The notes beneath the pieces are model-generated. The model searched no databases. It worked only from the letters and a program-made list of their open reading frames with translations, and was not told the origin of the DNA. Below are positions 28,801-40,800 of a stretch of 64,000 nucleotides of DNA, piece by piece (the stretch's first letter is position 1; each line of letters starts with the position of its first letter). Position numbers and translations under genes: made by a program. This DNA comes from a virus (lineage: Duplodnaviria; Caudoviricetes): positions 1 to 64,000 of the IMG/VR virus record IMGVR_UViG_3300038974_000542. One strand, given 5' to 3'.

Positions 28801-30793
28801 AGAAAGTTCTAACTTTAATATTGAGAGTTCCTGTAATATATTTAATGGTGATTCTTATATTTCTCCTTTAACTTATAATTCAACAATATATTATGGTACT
28901 GTTCCTAAGAAGAGAGAAACTAAGAATACTACTTGGAGATTTATATTAGGAGGAATACTCACAATAGTTGGAATAGTAGGTGGCATATTTACAGCTGGAG
29001 CAACAACAACCTTAGTTGGTATTGGTGTTGGACTTATTGTAGGTGCAGCTGCAGTTACTGCTTTTAAATCTGGATTAGTATTAGAGAAACTTGCTGATGT
29101 ATATAGAGATAAATATGAAGAAGGTTTAAGGGAAACTACAAAAGATGCTACTACAATACTTAATTTTAGAAAGAATACTTTACTTGATGATGAGATACAA
29201 TGGTATAATAATATATTTGCAAATTTATGGTTTGAATCAGGAGTAAATATAAATTTAAGACAGGGAAATACAGTAGGTCTTCCAGATTTTATAGATGCAC
29301 CTACCGAATATAATGAAGAACAGATGAATTTAAGAGCTGTTAATAAAATCTCTTCTTTTGATCCAGAACAAGATCAAGGAAGACTTTACCAAGGATTTGC
29401 TATTGCAGAAGATTATGAAATAAATAAAGATTATAATAGATTTCCAAAGGAAAAATTCTTCTTTCATCTTGGTCTTGAATATGATTGTTGCTCTGACTGT
29501 ATAGAAACATTTCCTCATAGAATTCATTATTCGGAACAGAGTTTCCAAGAAGAAAATGTAGATAATTACAGAGTTTTTCTACCTAATAATTATAGGGATA
29601 TAAATGGTGAAACAGGAGAGATAACTAATATATTCAGAATACAGAATAATTTATTTGTACATACTGAAGAAGCTATATGGAAACTTCCTAAAAATTATCA
29701 GGAAAGGATTACAGATGAAATTGTATCTTTTATAGGTACAGGAAGCTATTTTTCTATTCCTCCTCAGAAATTAGTTGATGATGAAACTGGTAACTCTTAT
29801 GGAACTGTACATAAATGGTCAAGATTAAAAACACCTTATGGTTATTTCTTTGTATCTGAAAATCAAAATTGTATTTGTCAATTTGATGGAAATCAAGTAA
29901 AGAATATTTCCCAGTTAGGAAATTACTATTGGTTTTATAATCATATTCCTATCTTATCGGATACTCTATATAAGGATAATCCTTCAAACCCTAATGGTGC
30001 TGGATTTTTAGCTGCTTATGACAGTAAAAAAGATTTGATTTTTTATACCAAGATAGATAGACTCCCTACAGGTGAAAATAATTCCTGGACTATTAGTTTT
30101 AACTTAAAAAAGAATGCTTGGGGAAGTTGGCACTCATTTATACCAAACTTCTATATACAGACAACCCAATGGTACTTTTCTTGGATAAATGGGAATAATA
30201 ATATATGGCGACATAATGTTCTTGGAAACTATCAAACATACTATGGGGAACTCAAGCCATTTATTATAGAATATGTACTTACAGATAATGTACTCTCTAA
30301 TAAACTCTTTGATACGATAATGTTACAATTAGAGTCAAAGAAATATGACCCGATTTCAAAAACATTCTTTGACACAGATAGAGATTTCTTCAATAAAATA
30401 ATAGTATATAATTCAAGGCAATGTACAGGAGAATTAGATATCATTGTAAAAGACAAGGAAGATTTTGATTTCCTCTTTAATCAAATACAAAATAATAATT
30501 TACAAAGTATTGTAGTTGATAGAAATGAAAGAAATTGGTATATTAATGATTTAAGAGATATGGTAGTAGCTAAAAATGCTCCTATGTTCATAACCGATAT
30601 AAAACAATTTCAAGATAAATACTTTATTGATAAAGTTTTAAACAACGCTGTTATAAACTTCAATAAAGATTGGACACAGATTGAAAATTTTAGTGATAAA
30701 TATTTGGTAGTAAGATTAATATTTGATAAATTTGCAGATATAAAACTTATTACTAATTTTACAGTAAATGATGAAACTATTTCTCTAAGATAA
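25796..30793 (+). CDS. Muzzle / tail stabilisation protein
   Basis: 1665 aa; N-terminal GLHTDNSPQAQPEGTLRFALN, WTDNLNPVR, C-terminal WGSWHSFIP beta-propeller-like region; synteny. Confidence 0.75.
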   Translation: MADGNGINSKEVKQFGKGLHTDNSPQAQPEGTLRFALNCVDETEVGDMMFPTNLESNIEAGALPDGYIPIGKVYMVNGETCLFLVGPNGESEIGVYNDNGTYTTYVNDSQSTNKLNFRVTHQIDAVYRLRRGCDKTVYWTDNLNPVRQYILNKPEDYLSDNNLDIDKFELFRFTKKIPFFQGFEIREEGNLESGSYNFSIQYLDEDLNPTQWIILSDTINIYKDKITNKFSEVRGSTNEKSYYHQFGNTGKCIVITISNVDESFPYYRIATIKAIAGTGFVSEVTVSEPISTIVHTYIEDGAEKEKISVEEIYQEPLIIETAQSIEQIENRLLLGNVKNKQIDLCDLQKYASRIRSYCVVKKVNLTDLKDPSNGKNPTKRFVGYTPGEIYSFGIVYLFKDGTTSPVYHIPGVNSQDYSSSGMDLTPEINNRELKKFGMSSNNTISTFYTESNSCEDKDYWGTDSFFISPSVERNLPLKNTPVRHHRFPTRSELNSNLVNKLVPGTNRKITKIYDRITIPEDSTVDYNQYKDENIRIVYSANTGVSETYMLHAIGRTSNTYTFEDISNLHIGDKISGYRIGGNLIPISEPTNTVIDIDTVNKIVTFSEEVHPADPSQIFVGVYLMYIQTQESILGEFNFTLGNILDLDGNIIDNEILIDTLEYDIASKVTFTIYQNISLDLIHTPSIRSQYIQIEGVEYESEILGIRFENIEIPELENEEIVGYYIVRNERKEEDKTILDTALLFPLVEYEKFISFGNISPSNIAPNSNAFVNRVLRGEDGLVSFNIEEEDRKALENPVLIRKDMYGFIHPKHLFEKKEYTNNVEFYTEGNFIHKDGNIFEVSSNLVEDTYPGTTYDPAYHKGKEKDSDGLTLHTLSKYRDFSYENSNNRNINLFGTDNIKDIFYLDALGNKNIKINDISKEIFNISSDNRIGIIQLNSNIDIFNETKNIIEKAYTWYNKDDGDTANYSSRVETSNISKYPYVILKRNISTSYQDFRTRAYYKESSNFNIESSCNIFNGDSYISPLTYNSTIYYGTVPKKRETKNTTWRFILGGILTIVGIVGGIFTAGATTTLVGIGVGLIVGAAAVTAFKSGLVLEKLADVYRDKYEEGLRETTKDATTILNFRKNTLLDDEIQWYNNIFANLWFESGVNINLRQGNTVGLPDFIDAPTEYNEEQMNLRAVNKISSFDPEQDQGRLYQGFAIAEDYEINKDYNRFPKEKFFFHLGLEYDCCSDCIETFPHRIHYSEQSFQEENVDNYRVFLPNNYRDINGETGEITNIFRIQNNLFVHTEEAIWKLPKNYQERITDEIVSFIGTGSYFSIPPQKLVDDETGNSYGTVHKWSRLKTPYGYFFVSENQNCICQFDGNQVKNISQLGNYYWFYNHIPILSDTLYKDNPSNPNGAGFLAAYDSKKDLIFYTKIDRLPTGENNSWTISFNLKKNAWGSWHSFIPNFYIQTTQWYFSWINGNNNIWRHNVLGNYQTYYGELKPFIIEYVLTDNVLSNKLFDTIMLQLESKKYDPISKTFFDTDRDFFNKIIVYNSRQCTGELDIIVKDKEDFDFLFNQIQNNNLQSIVVDRNERNWYINDLRDMVVAKNAPMFITDIKQFQDKYFIDKVLNNAVINFNKDWTQIENFSDKYLVVRLIFDKFADIKLITNFTVNDETISLR

Positions 30794-30823
30794 ATATTAA
30801 TCTTATAAAAGCTAAAGAAAATT

Positions 30824-32455
30824 ATGAAGAAGTATAATAATAAAATTAGGAAGTTTACTACTGGAGGTAAGATTAATACTTATGTAGAGAATCCCTCCAC
30901 AGAGTTAACCAAGAATGATATCATGATGGCACAGGCTGCTTATGAGGCATCTCAAGATCCATTAGTAGTGGGATTAAGTATAGCTTCAGCTCTAATGGGA
31001 ACTGCTGGAGATATGCTACTTAATGCAGGAACTAAAAATTCAGGAAGTAAAGGTTATAGTGATACATTTTCAAATATATCTCCTATAGAACCAGGCTTAT
31101 TAGATACAGATAATTCTATAATGGAGAGAATTAAAAACTTAAACATAATAAATCCAATTAAAGCTGCTAATGGTGGTACTATACATATAAAGCCAGAGAA
31201 TAGAGGAAAATTTACAGAGTATTGTGGTGGGAAGGTTACTGCTGAATGTATAGCTAGAGGTAAAAGAAGTCCTAATCCTAAAATAAGGAAGAGGGCAATC
31301 TTTGCTGAAAATGCCAGAGAATGGAATAAAAAAGCTTTAGGTGGTGAAGTACCAGTAGAAGTTGAAGGTGGAGAAGTAGCCGAAACTCCTTTTGGTGATA
31401 TATTAGACTTTGTAGGTCCAGATCATAATAATGGTGGAATAAAAACATTGTTACAGCCTGGAACTGAGATATACTCAGATAGGATTAAAGTAGGAGGTAA
31501 GACTATGGCAGAAAGAAAAAAGGCAAGAGAAAGAAAAGAGTCTAAATTTCAAAAGCTGTCAGATAAAGGAGATGGTGTAGGAAAAAATACTCTTAATAGA
31601 GTACAAGCTGCCAACTATGCTGAAGATGTAGCCGATAGAAAAATACAGAATATTATATCTATTATAGATAATACTAAAAAAGATATACAGAAAATGGCTA
31701 ATGGTGGAGAAGTAGATTTTAATGTAGCTTTAGGTGATATTCTTGGTATGGCTGGAAATTTATATCAATCCATAGCACCCTATTTTAATACTCAGAGAAG
31801 TAGGGCTACAGACACTCCCAATATCAATCCTTATGAAGGTTTTGGTGAAGATGCTTTAAGAGCTAATGATCAAGCCAGAGCTATTGCACAATCACTATTG
31901 GATTCACAACTTCAAGGTTTGGAATCTTCTGCTATTTCTGCAAGAAAAACAGCAAGAAATTCAGCTACTGGAATTAATACCCAAAGAGCTTTAGATTTAG
32001 CTATAGAATCAAACAAAAATAAATCTGAAAGAGATATATATAATAACTTCGCTTCTCAATTGATTAATCTTCTATCTTCAAGAAGTGCACTTGAAAATCA
32101 ACAAGATTTCTATCAGATGCAAGGTAGGGGTATTCAAGACATTGCTAATAGACAAGATAAGGATGCTTACTTTACTCAACTTGGTCAAGACAAAGTTAGT
32201 ATGGGTAAGGGTATTGCTCAAACTGGAAAATCTCTCAATAATATAAAAGAAAGAAATACTACAGAGAACCTATTAAATGCTCTATATCAATATACAGGAG
32301 TTGATTCTATGAGTGGTATTCTTGTAGGAAAAGGAAATAAAGATTTAGCAATATCTCTTATCAATAATGGTAAATGGAAGGAAGTAAAAAATCCTAAAAC
32401 AGGAAAACCTTTTGATAATCTTTATGAATATCAGAAATACTTTAATATAAAATAG
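30824..32455 (+). CDS. Cargo/ejection protein 1-like
   Basis: IHIKPENRGKFT and VEVEGGE...GPDHNNGG motifs seen in crAss cargo proteins; synteny. Confidence 0.65.
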   Translation: MKKYNNKIRKFTTGGKINTYVENPSTELTKNDIMMAQAAYEASQDPLVVGLSIASALMGTAGDMLLNAGTKNSGSKGYSDTFSNISPIEPGLLDTDNSIMERIKNLNIINPIKAANGGTIHIKPENRGKFTEYCGGKVTAECIARGKRSPNPKIRKRAIFAENAREWNKKALGGEVPVEVEGGEVAETPFGDILDFVGPDHNNGGIKTLLQPGTEIYSDRIKVGGKTMAERKKARERKESKFQKLSDKGDGVGKNTLNRVQAANYAEDVADRKIQNIISIIDNTKKDIQKMANGGEVDFNVALGDILGMAGNLYQSIAPYFNTQRSRATDTPNINPYEGFGEDALRANDQARAIAQSLLDSQLQGLESSAISARKTARNSATGINTQRALDLAIESNKNKSERDIYNNFASQLINLLSSRSALENQQDFYQMQGRGIQDIANRQDKDAYFTQLGQDKVSMGKGIAQTGKSLNNIKERNTTENLLNALYQYTGVDSMSGILVGKGNKDLAISLINNGKWKEVKNPKTGKPFDNLYEYQKYFNIK

Positions 32456-32457
32456 CT

Positions 32458-34851
32458 ATGGCAAGATTCTATGAAACATCTGTACCAGAGTTTGTTGAAG
32501 ACTTTATATACCAACCTCCTTGGGAACTTGCACAAGAAGTAATGAAGACAAATGAAGAAGGTATTCAGAATACTCTTGGTGCTGCTTCTCTACTGCAAAA
32601 TATCGATATTAACTATATTCCAGATCCTGTTGAAAAAGCAAAAGTAGAAGAACTCCAGAAAAAATATGGAGATGCTGCTTCTTCTCTTGCTACAAATCTT
32701 CAAATAGGTTTACAGAATAATCCACAAGCCTGGAGAAAGACCTTGCCTGAATTGTCTAATTTAAGTTCTGAGCTTAGTAGGGATATAAAGTCTGGGGAAA
32801 TAGCAAAGATTACTCAATCCTATAATAATTATACAAAATGGCTTGAGGACAATAAAGATATAAAAGAGAAAGATCCTATTTTATATAATGCTGCTCAGAA
32901 TGCACTTATGAGAGAATGGCAGAAAAATCCTAATAGATCTCAAGATGCTGTTTGGCAAGGGGTTGATCTTGTGGACTTTGATATTCATTCTAAAGATATT
33001 ATGGAAGGACTAAAGAATTTTGAGGCCGATATTCAAACTCAGATTGCAAATGGCTACATAGTTCAAGATAAATTTCTTACAAAAGATAAAGTAATTCAAG
33101 CTTACATGGATAGAGTTTTAACAGACCCAAAAGCAAGAGCTTATTTACAGCAAGCTGTAGCCTTTAGAGTTCCTGGATTTGTGGATGAAGAAGGTAATCC
33201 CTTAAGTATTATGATACCTGTAAATACAAAAACAGGAGAAACTTTATCCAGTGAAGAATATCAGAAAGAAATTGAAAGATATAATTCAATGACTCCTAAA
33301 GAAAGAGCTGAGAAAGGTTTATCTGAGGATACATATTCAGTAGTACTTAATCCAAAACATACTTGGGCTCAAGCTTTTGAAGGTTATGGAAGTCAAAGAA
33401 GTTTTAGTCAGACAACTGTAAAGACAGATGCTACTTATAATGCAGCTATGAATAGAGCTTGGCAAAAAGAAAGATTTTATGTTGAAATGGCTTTTAAAGA
33501 AAAAGGTCTAGATTTAAAAAAGGAAGCTGAAAAAACAAAAGAACAGAAAGAGATAAGAAATGAAATAGATAAACAAAGAGATATTGTAGCTGCTTATGGA
33601 CCTACATCAAGTAAGGGAAAACTGGCTTTAGCTACAATAAACAGATTGGAAAAAGAGTCTTTAAACTTAAACCAATCTTCTGATATAACTGACTTAGAAC
33701 CTTTTACAGCTGCTTTTTTTCCTAATTTGTCCTTAGAAGAAATTCATAAAAAACTGCTTAATAGTAATAAAGAAAAACCTACTTTACAGAGTCAACTCTT
33801 AAGAGCTTATGACAAAGGTATCTCGGAATCTGTCATAAAGGATATGAATATCTCTAAACCAGAACAGATAGCCCTGATAAATTATGTAAGTAATAATACA
33901 GATGGGAGTAAAAGAAGTATTAATGAATTAGCTTCTAGATGGTTAAAAAATCATGGCTATGAACCAAAAAGAGATGAAACTGTAGCTGAGTCAATCAGTA
34001 CAAGAGTATCTGGTAAATTTATTCCAAAAGTACTTCCAACCACACAGCTTAATCAAGAAGAAGACTCCTATTCCAGTATGCTATCTCTGGTGAACGAATA
34101 TTTTAAAAATAAAGAAGCTAAGATTCAGAAGATGAATACTGAACAACCTAAATTAACGGGTTATAGATTAACAGATGCAGGTAAAAATATCTTGAAAAAT
34201 GAATTTATATCTAACTCCAGTGCTTATTCTGTTATACCATTAGATATGGTAGATAATGGAAAAGTACCTAAGGATGTCAATCCAAAAGTTTTAGCTGAAA
34301 ATGGGGATATTGAAGCAGTAGCTCCTAAAACTATATATAATCAGGGTACAATTATAGAATATAAGGGTAGACAATATCTTCTTGTAAATAATGGTACAGT
34401 AGAGGATGCTAACAATAAAAATTATAGTCTTTACAGTAAAACTGGAATGTACCTTAATAAAGAAGAAGAAGACAAAATGAAAATAAGAGGAAGAAACAGT
34501 ATAGCACAAGCTGTAACAAGTATTATCTCAAGTTTAAATACAGAAGAAGGCACAGCTCTTATAGATAAAGATAATAATCCATATTATCAAATTGAATATC
34601 CTCTTGCAGGAGCTTCTGCTTTACAAATAAGACACTATCTTAATGACAGTTCTTATAGACTTTATGTATCTGGAGAGACAGAACCTTCTTATATTATAAA
34701 GAGAGAGGAAGGAGAAACACCAGAGAGTTACTTTCAAAGGCTACTTCCAGAAATGGAATGGGCTATAGAGAAATCTCTTGAATACTCAGAAAAAGAGTTT
34801 GAAACAGCAGCCGATAGAGCTTTTAGCAATATAAAAAATAGTAGAAGATGA
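32458..34851 (+). CDS. Cargo/ejection protein 2-like
   Basis: 797 aa between cargo 1 and the RNAP; N-terminal FVEDFIYQPPWE. Confidence 0.6.
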   Translation: MARFYETSVPEFVEDFIYQPPWELAQEVMKTNEEGIQNTLGAASLLQNIDINYIPDPVEKAKVEELQKKYGDAASSLATNLQIGLQNNPQAWRKTLPELSNLSSELSRDIKSGEIAKITQSYNNYTKWLEDNKDIKEKDPILYNAAQNALMREWQKNPNRSQDAVWQGVDLVDFDIHSKDIMEGLKNFEADIQTQIANGYIVQDKFLTKDKVIQAYMDRVLTDPKARAYLQQAVAFRVPGFVDEEGNPLSIMIPVNTKTGETLSSEEYQKEIERYNSMTPKERAEKGLSEDTYSVVLNPKHTWAQAFEGYGSQRSFSQTTVKTDATYNAAMNRAWQKERFYVEMAFKEKGLDLKKEAEKTKEQKEIRNEIDKQRDIVAAYGPTSSKGKLALATINRLEKESLNLNQSSDITDLEPFTAAFFPNLSLEEIHKKLLNSNKEKPTLQSQLLRAYDKGISESVIKDMNISKPEQIALINYVSNNTDGSKRSINELASRWLKNHGYEPKRDETVAESISTRVSGKFIPKVLPTTQLNQEEDSYSSMLSLVNEYFKNKEAKIQKMNTEQPKLTGYRLTDAGKNILKNEFISNSSAYSVIPLDMVDNGKVPKDVNPKVLAENGDIEAVAPKTIYNQGTIIEYKGRQYLLVNNGTVEDANNKNYSLYSKTGMYLNKEEEDKMKIRGRNSIAQAVTSIISSLNTEEGTALIDKDNNPYYQIEYPLAGASALQIRHYLNDSSYRLYVSGETEPSYIIKREEGETPESYFQRLLPEMEWAIEKSLEYSEKEFETAADRAFSNIKNSRR

Positions 34852-37800
34852 TAGAAAAAGATGGATTAAAAAATTATCTACAGAGTTTAAAAAGTTCAGA
34901 AGATAATTATAAAGCTTTAGAACGTAGTAAAGATGTTCAAGACTTTATACAGCAAACAGATGAAGCTACATTAGAAACTCTTGGTATGCCTGTAAAGACA
35001 GGAGATATGTCTAAAAGGTATGCCAAATACTCTAATATTATAAGTCCATTTATTCCACAATCTGAGATGGAAAAACAAGCAGATATACTTCAAGGTACAG
35101 GAGAATCTTGGAGGAATGCTGTTATAGGTTTTGGAGCTAATACAGCTGCTGGATTTTTAGATGCTCTTGGTGCTACTGTATCTCCAGATAAAATATCTAA
35201 TATGTTTCTTGGAAATACAGAGAAGGATTTTACAAATAGTCTTAGTAGAACTGCAAATAGTATCAGAGAGTGGTCTAATGAAAATATACCTATCTATAAT
35301 GGAAATGAGAGCATGTGGACTTCTGCATATTGGGCAAATCAATTTTCTCAACTTGGAACTACTGCTGGAATTATAGGAGAAGGTTTTGTTGAACAAGGAG
35401 TATTAGCTCTTACTACAGGTGGTTTTGGTAATGTTGTAGGTGCTGGTGCAACAGCTACTAAGGTAGCTAAACTTTTAAATAGAGTAAAAGCTTTAAATAC
35501 AGCTAATAAGGTAAATAGAGCTGGTAATTATACTTTTGGTATGTATCAAGGGGTTAAAGAAGCTTATATAAATGGTCTTGAAAATCTCAACAATGTCTAT
35601 CAGAATTATTTACAAAAAGGTTATTCTGATGAAGAAGCAAGAAGAGTTGCATCTGAAGCAGCTTCAAGAAGTTTTAAATATGAGATAGGACCTGTTATGT
35701 TTCTTAATGCTTTACAATGGGGAAGTATAGGAAGTAGATATAATCCATATTCAAGAAAAGCTGTAGGTGGTGGAATAAGTGGTTTTACAGAAAGTGTATT
35801 CACTAAACTAGCACCAAAAACAACTTCTAAGGGAGTTAAAAAAGCAACAGATTGGGCTGGTAATATCTTATCTGAAGGTGTAGAAGAAGGTTTTCAGACT
35901 GCTGTACAAGGAATTTCTCAATATCAAGCTGATAAGGAGAGGAATCTTACAAAAGGTACTCCCTTATCTGACTATATATTTACTAAAGAACTTAGAGACT
36001 CTGTTATTGGGGGTATGATAGGTGGAGGTATGTTTAAAGCTCTTGGTTCAGTAAGAAGAGGTATTATAGATGGAAAAGATAGAAAAGCAGATGAAAGGTT
36101 TATAGAGACTTTTATAGACACTACTGCTGAAAGAACAAAAGAGAATTTAAAGAAATTAGATGCAGCTGTAAAAAGTGGAGATACAAAAGCTGCTGAAGCC
36201 ATAAAGAAACAAATGGGTTTTGATAATATTGAAGCTGCCCTCCTATTTGATTACATGAAGAATGATGAGAAGATGACTGCTTATAATGCTCAAGTTGATC
36301 AACTTAAAGAAATATCAAGAATTATAAAAGAGGGGGATATTAGAGGTTTAGAACTTCTGGAACTTAGAAATGAGAAAGATGAAAATGGAGAAAACACCTT
36401 TGCTTATCTAAGAGATAATATAGATAGAATGATTTCTGATGCTGAACTTCAGAAGGAAAATCACATCAAGAATCTTCAACTTCAGATGGATTTAACTGGA
36501 GTAGAGAATTATGATTTAGCTGAGAGAACTACAAGACTTCAAATGATGCAAAATGAGAATAATAGAACTCTTGAAAAACGTAAAGAAAGTCTTGATAGTC
36601 TTTTTAATATAGAAAGAAATGCAACTAACAATGAGGATATTCTTGAATACAAAAAGTTACAGAGTCTCGTAACTGCTTATAATTCTACTACAACTAAATT
36701 TAGTAATCCTGAAATACAAAAAGAAGTAACTGAAGCCAAAGAAAGGATAGAAACTTTAGAAAGAGACAATCCTTCCTTTATGTTTGATGAGAAGGAATAT
36801 GAAAATAAACAATTGATAGATGTTCAATCTGATATATTGAAGATAAGGGAAGCTAATTTTGAGATTAATAAGGATATTAAACAACTTACTACTAATCAAG
36901 GTATTAATGAGTATAGGAGAGATCAGATAAGACAAAGTATCCTTGATTATGATCAGATTAATAGTACTACAAAACTCAATAGTATAAAGGAAACTCTTCA
37001 GAAAGATGAAGAGATAAATAAGTACTTCTCTAAGAAAGAAATAGAAAAGATAAGTAAAGGAATAGATAATAGAATATCTAAATTACAGTCTATAGAGAAA
37101 GCACAAGCTGCTGAAAAATTAAGAAAAAATAATGAAGTTATTAAAACTAAAACAAAACCTATTATTACTCCTGAAGGTAAACTCAATACAGAAGTAGTTA
37201 CAGATGATAAAATACAGAAAGAGGTTCAAATAAATATTGATAAAATTGATAAAATCAGGAATAATACTTCTGTAGGAATTGTAGAAGATGCTAGATCTCT
37301 TATAGAAAATAGCAAAGATATTCCTGAAGATAGTTTTGTTCTATTTCAAGAACAAGAAGAGAATATCTTTTTTGAAGCTCCAAGAGAGTTTAATGACAGA
37401 AATTCTATTGTTAGAGGTAACATGAAGAAAGGTGCAACTAATTTCTTAAAAAGAAATAAGGATGCTACTTTAAAAGATTATATTACAGCTTTTATAAATA
37501 CTCCTGGTGTAGAAGTAGGAGATGTAGAAGCTTTATATTACTATATTGCTGATGGTTATTATGAAGCTAAAGATCAGAGATATTCAGATAACAGAGAAGA
37601 AGTTGAGGAAGTATATAGAGATATTTTTGAACCTTTTAATGCTCTACAATTAATACAGGATAATATAAATTTAGTTCCTGAAACAAAACCAACACCTAGT
37701 GAACAAGTTGAAATAGAAAAGAAGATAGATACCACAATTGTTGAAAAGCAAATAGAAAAAGCACAGCCAGTCAAAGTTGATAAAAATGGAAGAAATATAT

Positions 37801-40800
37801 ATTATATTGGTCCTAAAATTGCAGTTCCTGCAATAAAAGTTCCTTTTCCTGGAAATCCCTATAATGTAGTCTATAATAAAACAAAGAGTGGTTCTACTGA
37901 AGTTCTTTTCATAAGAGATAAAGAAGCAGAAACTAAGGAAGTCTTAAGTGGGGCAGCTGGATTAGAAGCTACTAAAAGAGCTTTTATGATGAACCCATTT
38001 CTGGCAAAAGCAGGTGTTCCTATACAGGTATATATCCCACCATTACAAGAATTACTTGATGATTCTAAAGGTTTTATAGTTTCTACTTGGACAAGAAAAG
38101 GTAAAGATGGTCCTTTAGAGAAGGGTACTGAATCTTTTTCAATATGGTATAATAGAGAAAAAGAAAAATTTGAAAAAGAAAATCCAGGTAAAGAATTTAT
38201 TGGTTCTGATAAATTTTTAGAAAAAGTCCCTATATTCTCTTATGTTGAGATTAATGGTGAAAGAGTACAGATAGGTTCTGCTATTCATGAAACTGCTTGG
38301 TGGAATGAACTTAATGTTGCTGATTTTAGAAACTCTGAAGATCTTAAGGCGGCTCTGAATTCTCCTAATGAAGAAGAGAGAGAGATAGCAAATCTTACAG
38401 CAAAATCAAGACAGCAAGCTGTAATTAATGAAGGAAGAGAACAAACACTTGAAGTTAGAAGAATTATATGGAATAATACAAATAAGGAAGATTGGAATGA
38501 TGGTATAGGTACTCTGGTTAAAATGAAAATCAAAGAGGTAACAGATGGCTTCTCACTTAAGATAGATCCTAAAGAACCTAAGAGAAAAATTAGGGAAGCT
38601 AATAATGATTTAAGACTTGGAATTATTTTAGTTGACAGCAATAAAAGTATCTCAGTAGCTTATGATTCAAAAAATGGAAAAGAAAGGTATATACCACAGA
38701 AATATATTTATAATCCTTCTGTACTTAGTGGAGATTATGTAGGATATGCTGTATCTCTTATTCCTTATGCTATACATGAAGATGGAAAACCTATGTATCT
38801 TGTTCAACTTGTAGATACAGGATATACTAATGCTCAGGAAACCTTAAAGTATCTTTATGATACGAGAGGTAAAATAAGACAGCTTAATCAGGATTATCAG
38901 ACTGCAAGAGCAAGAAATAATATCCCTGCAATGCAAAAGCTTGAAAAACAGCTTAAAGATATTATGACTGTTGCAGGTTTCTCTGAAGAAAAGATAAACA
39001 CTTATTTTAAACTTGAGGATAAAGATGCAAGGTATAAAATTCTAAGAGATAATCTTCTAAGATTTTATCCTAAAGAGACTGAACAAGGCAATCTTAAAAC
39101 ATCTTTTGAAAAAGATAATATTAGTGGGGATATTGCTAATATTGTAGTCTTTGATGAACAGGGAAATCCTAAAGTATATAAACCTAATCCAGAAAGTCAG
39201 GAATCCTCCTACGTTCAGATGCTAAAGGAAACTATTTATACTCAAAATGATTATATAGAAATAAGAGATTTAAGAAAAGAAGATCCAAATGCTACTATAA
39301 AAATAGCTAATGCTCAACCTAGAGTACATCTTGTTTTTGATGAAGAGGTTACTACTGAAAAATTAGAATTCAAAAGAAAAGAACTTGAACAAAGACAACA
39401 AGAAGAAGCTGAAGAAAAAAAGGAGGAAAATCTTGTTGCCACTTCAGAAGAAATTATACAAGATTCCCCAAAGTTTGAACTTACTCCTGAAAGAAAATAT
39501 ACTATTGTAAATCATCTTTTCAATAAAATACTCCAATCCTTTAAAGAAGATAAAACTTCAAGGAAGAATATTGCAATAGAAACAAGAAGAGCTATTGAAA
39601 CTCATCTTTCAGATTTAAAAGAAACCAATCCTGATTTATATAATGGTATTCTTGAGAATAAGGGTGAAATTTTAGGTCTTGGAGAATATAGAGATAAATC
39701 TCTCACTGTAAGAGAAGCCTTATTAAACCATTTTAATATGGAAACTCTTGAAGAAATGGATGATGTAGATTTAGATACAGAATCAGTTCTTGAAAAAGAT
39801 CATTCTAAAATTGCACAAGAATATGATGTAAAAACAAGTCTAAGCTCTAAGATAAAAAGAGTTTTCTCTGGAATACCTGTAAATGATAAGAATAGAAGAG
39901 GTGAATATATTGAAGGTATTACTGAATATATGGAACTTGATGATGTATTTTCTGCTTTACAGGATTTATTGTCTGATGTTCCAAATGATTTTACTGTACT
40001 TAAAGAGAGAGTAAGAGAGAGAATAAAATTAAATCCAGAAGAATTTGAATTCTTATCTTATATACAAGATATACTTGAAAATATTGATCCTCAACTTCAA
40101 CATGAAGTTCTTTTTAGACTTAATCAAACTAAGAATAGGATGTACTTTATTTATTCTAAAGAGAATAAAGGGAACTATGTATTACAAGTTTTAGATGCTA
40201 ACAGCAGACATCCTTTTATTTTTACTAAGAATACTATACTTGAACAATTTAAGAATTCTGATATAGTAGAAAATCTTGGAAATGGTGAGTACTCTCTTAA
40301 TAAAGAAAGAGCTCAAGAATTTATCAACATAGCAAATCTTATATCTAAATCTGGTAACATTGGCTATGAAACAATTAGAAACTTCTTTGCAACTGTAGGT
40401 ATTTACGTTGAGGAAAGTACTTTAGAAGCTATGGATAAGAATGATCCTGGAGCTTTTAGAAACATAGTTAAGAATCTTACAGAGCAATTAAAAAAGAATG
40501 TCATAGCATTAAAAGACTATACTAAACCTTTAAATTTTGATGAGAAAGTAGAAAATGTAGTTTTAAGAGAGAATAATAATTACTTGAATAACTTCATTGG
40601 AGAAATTATAAAATTTACTTTTAATGTTGATCAGTCAATGTATGTTGGTGGGAAAATAATTAATAGTTTTTCACAGCCAAATTTCTTTACTGAACAACTC
40701 AGAAAAATTTCTTCTTTGAAAGGTTCTGATTTAAGTCAAAATAATAAACATTTAATTAATAAGCTACTAAATAATGGTTATACAAAAAATAATCTTTTAG

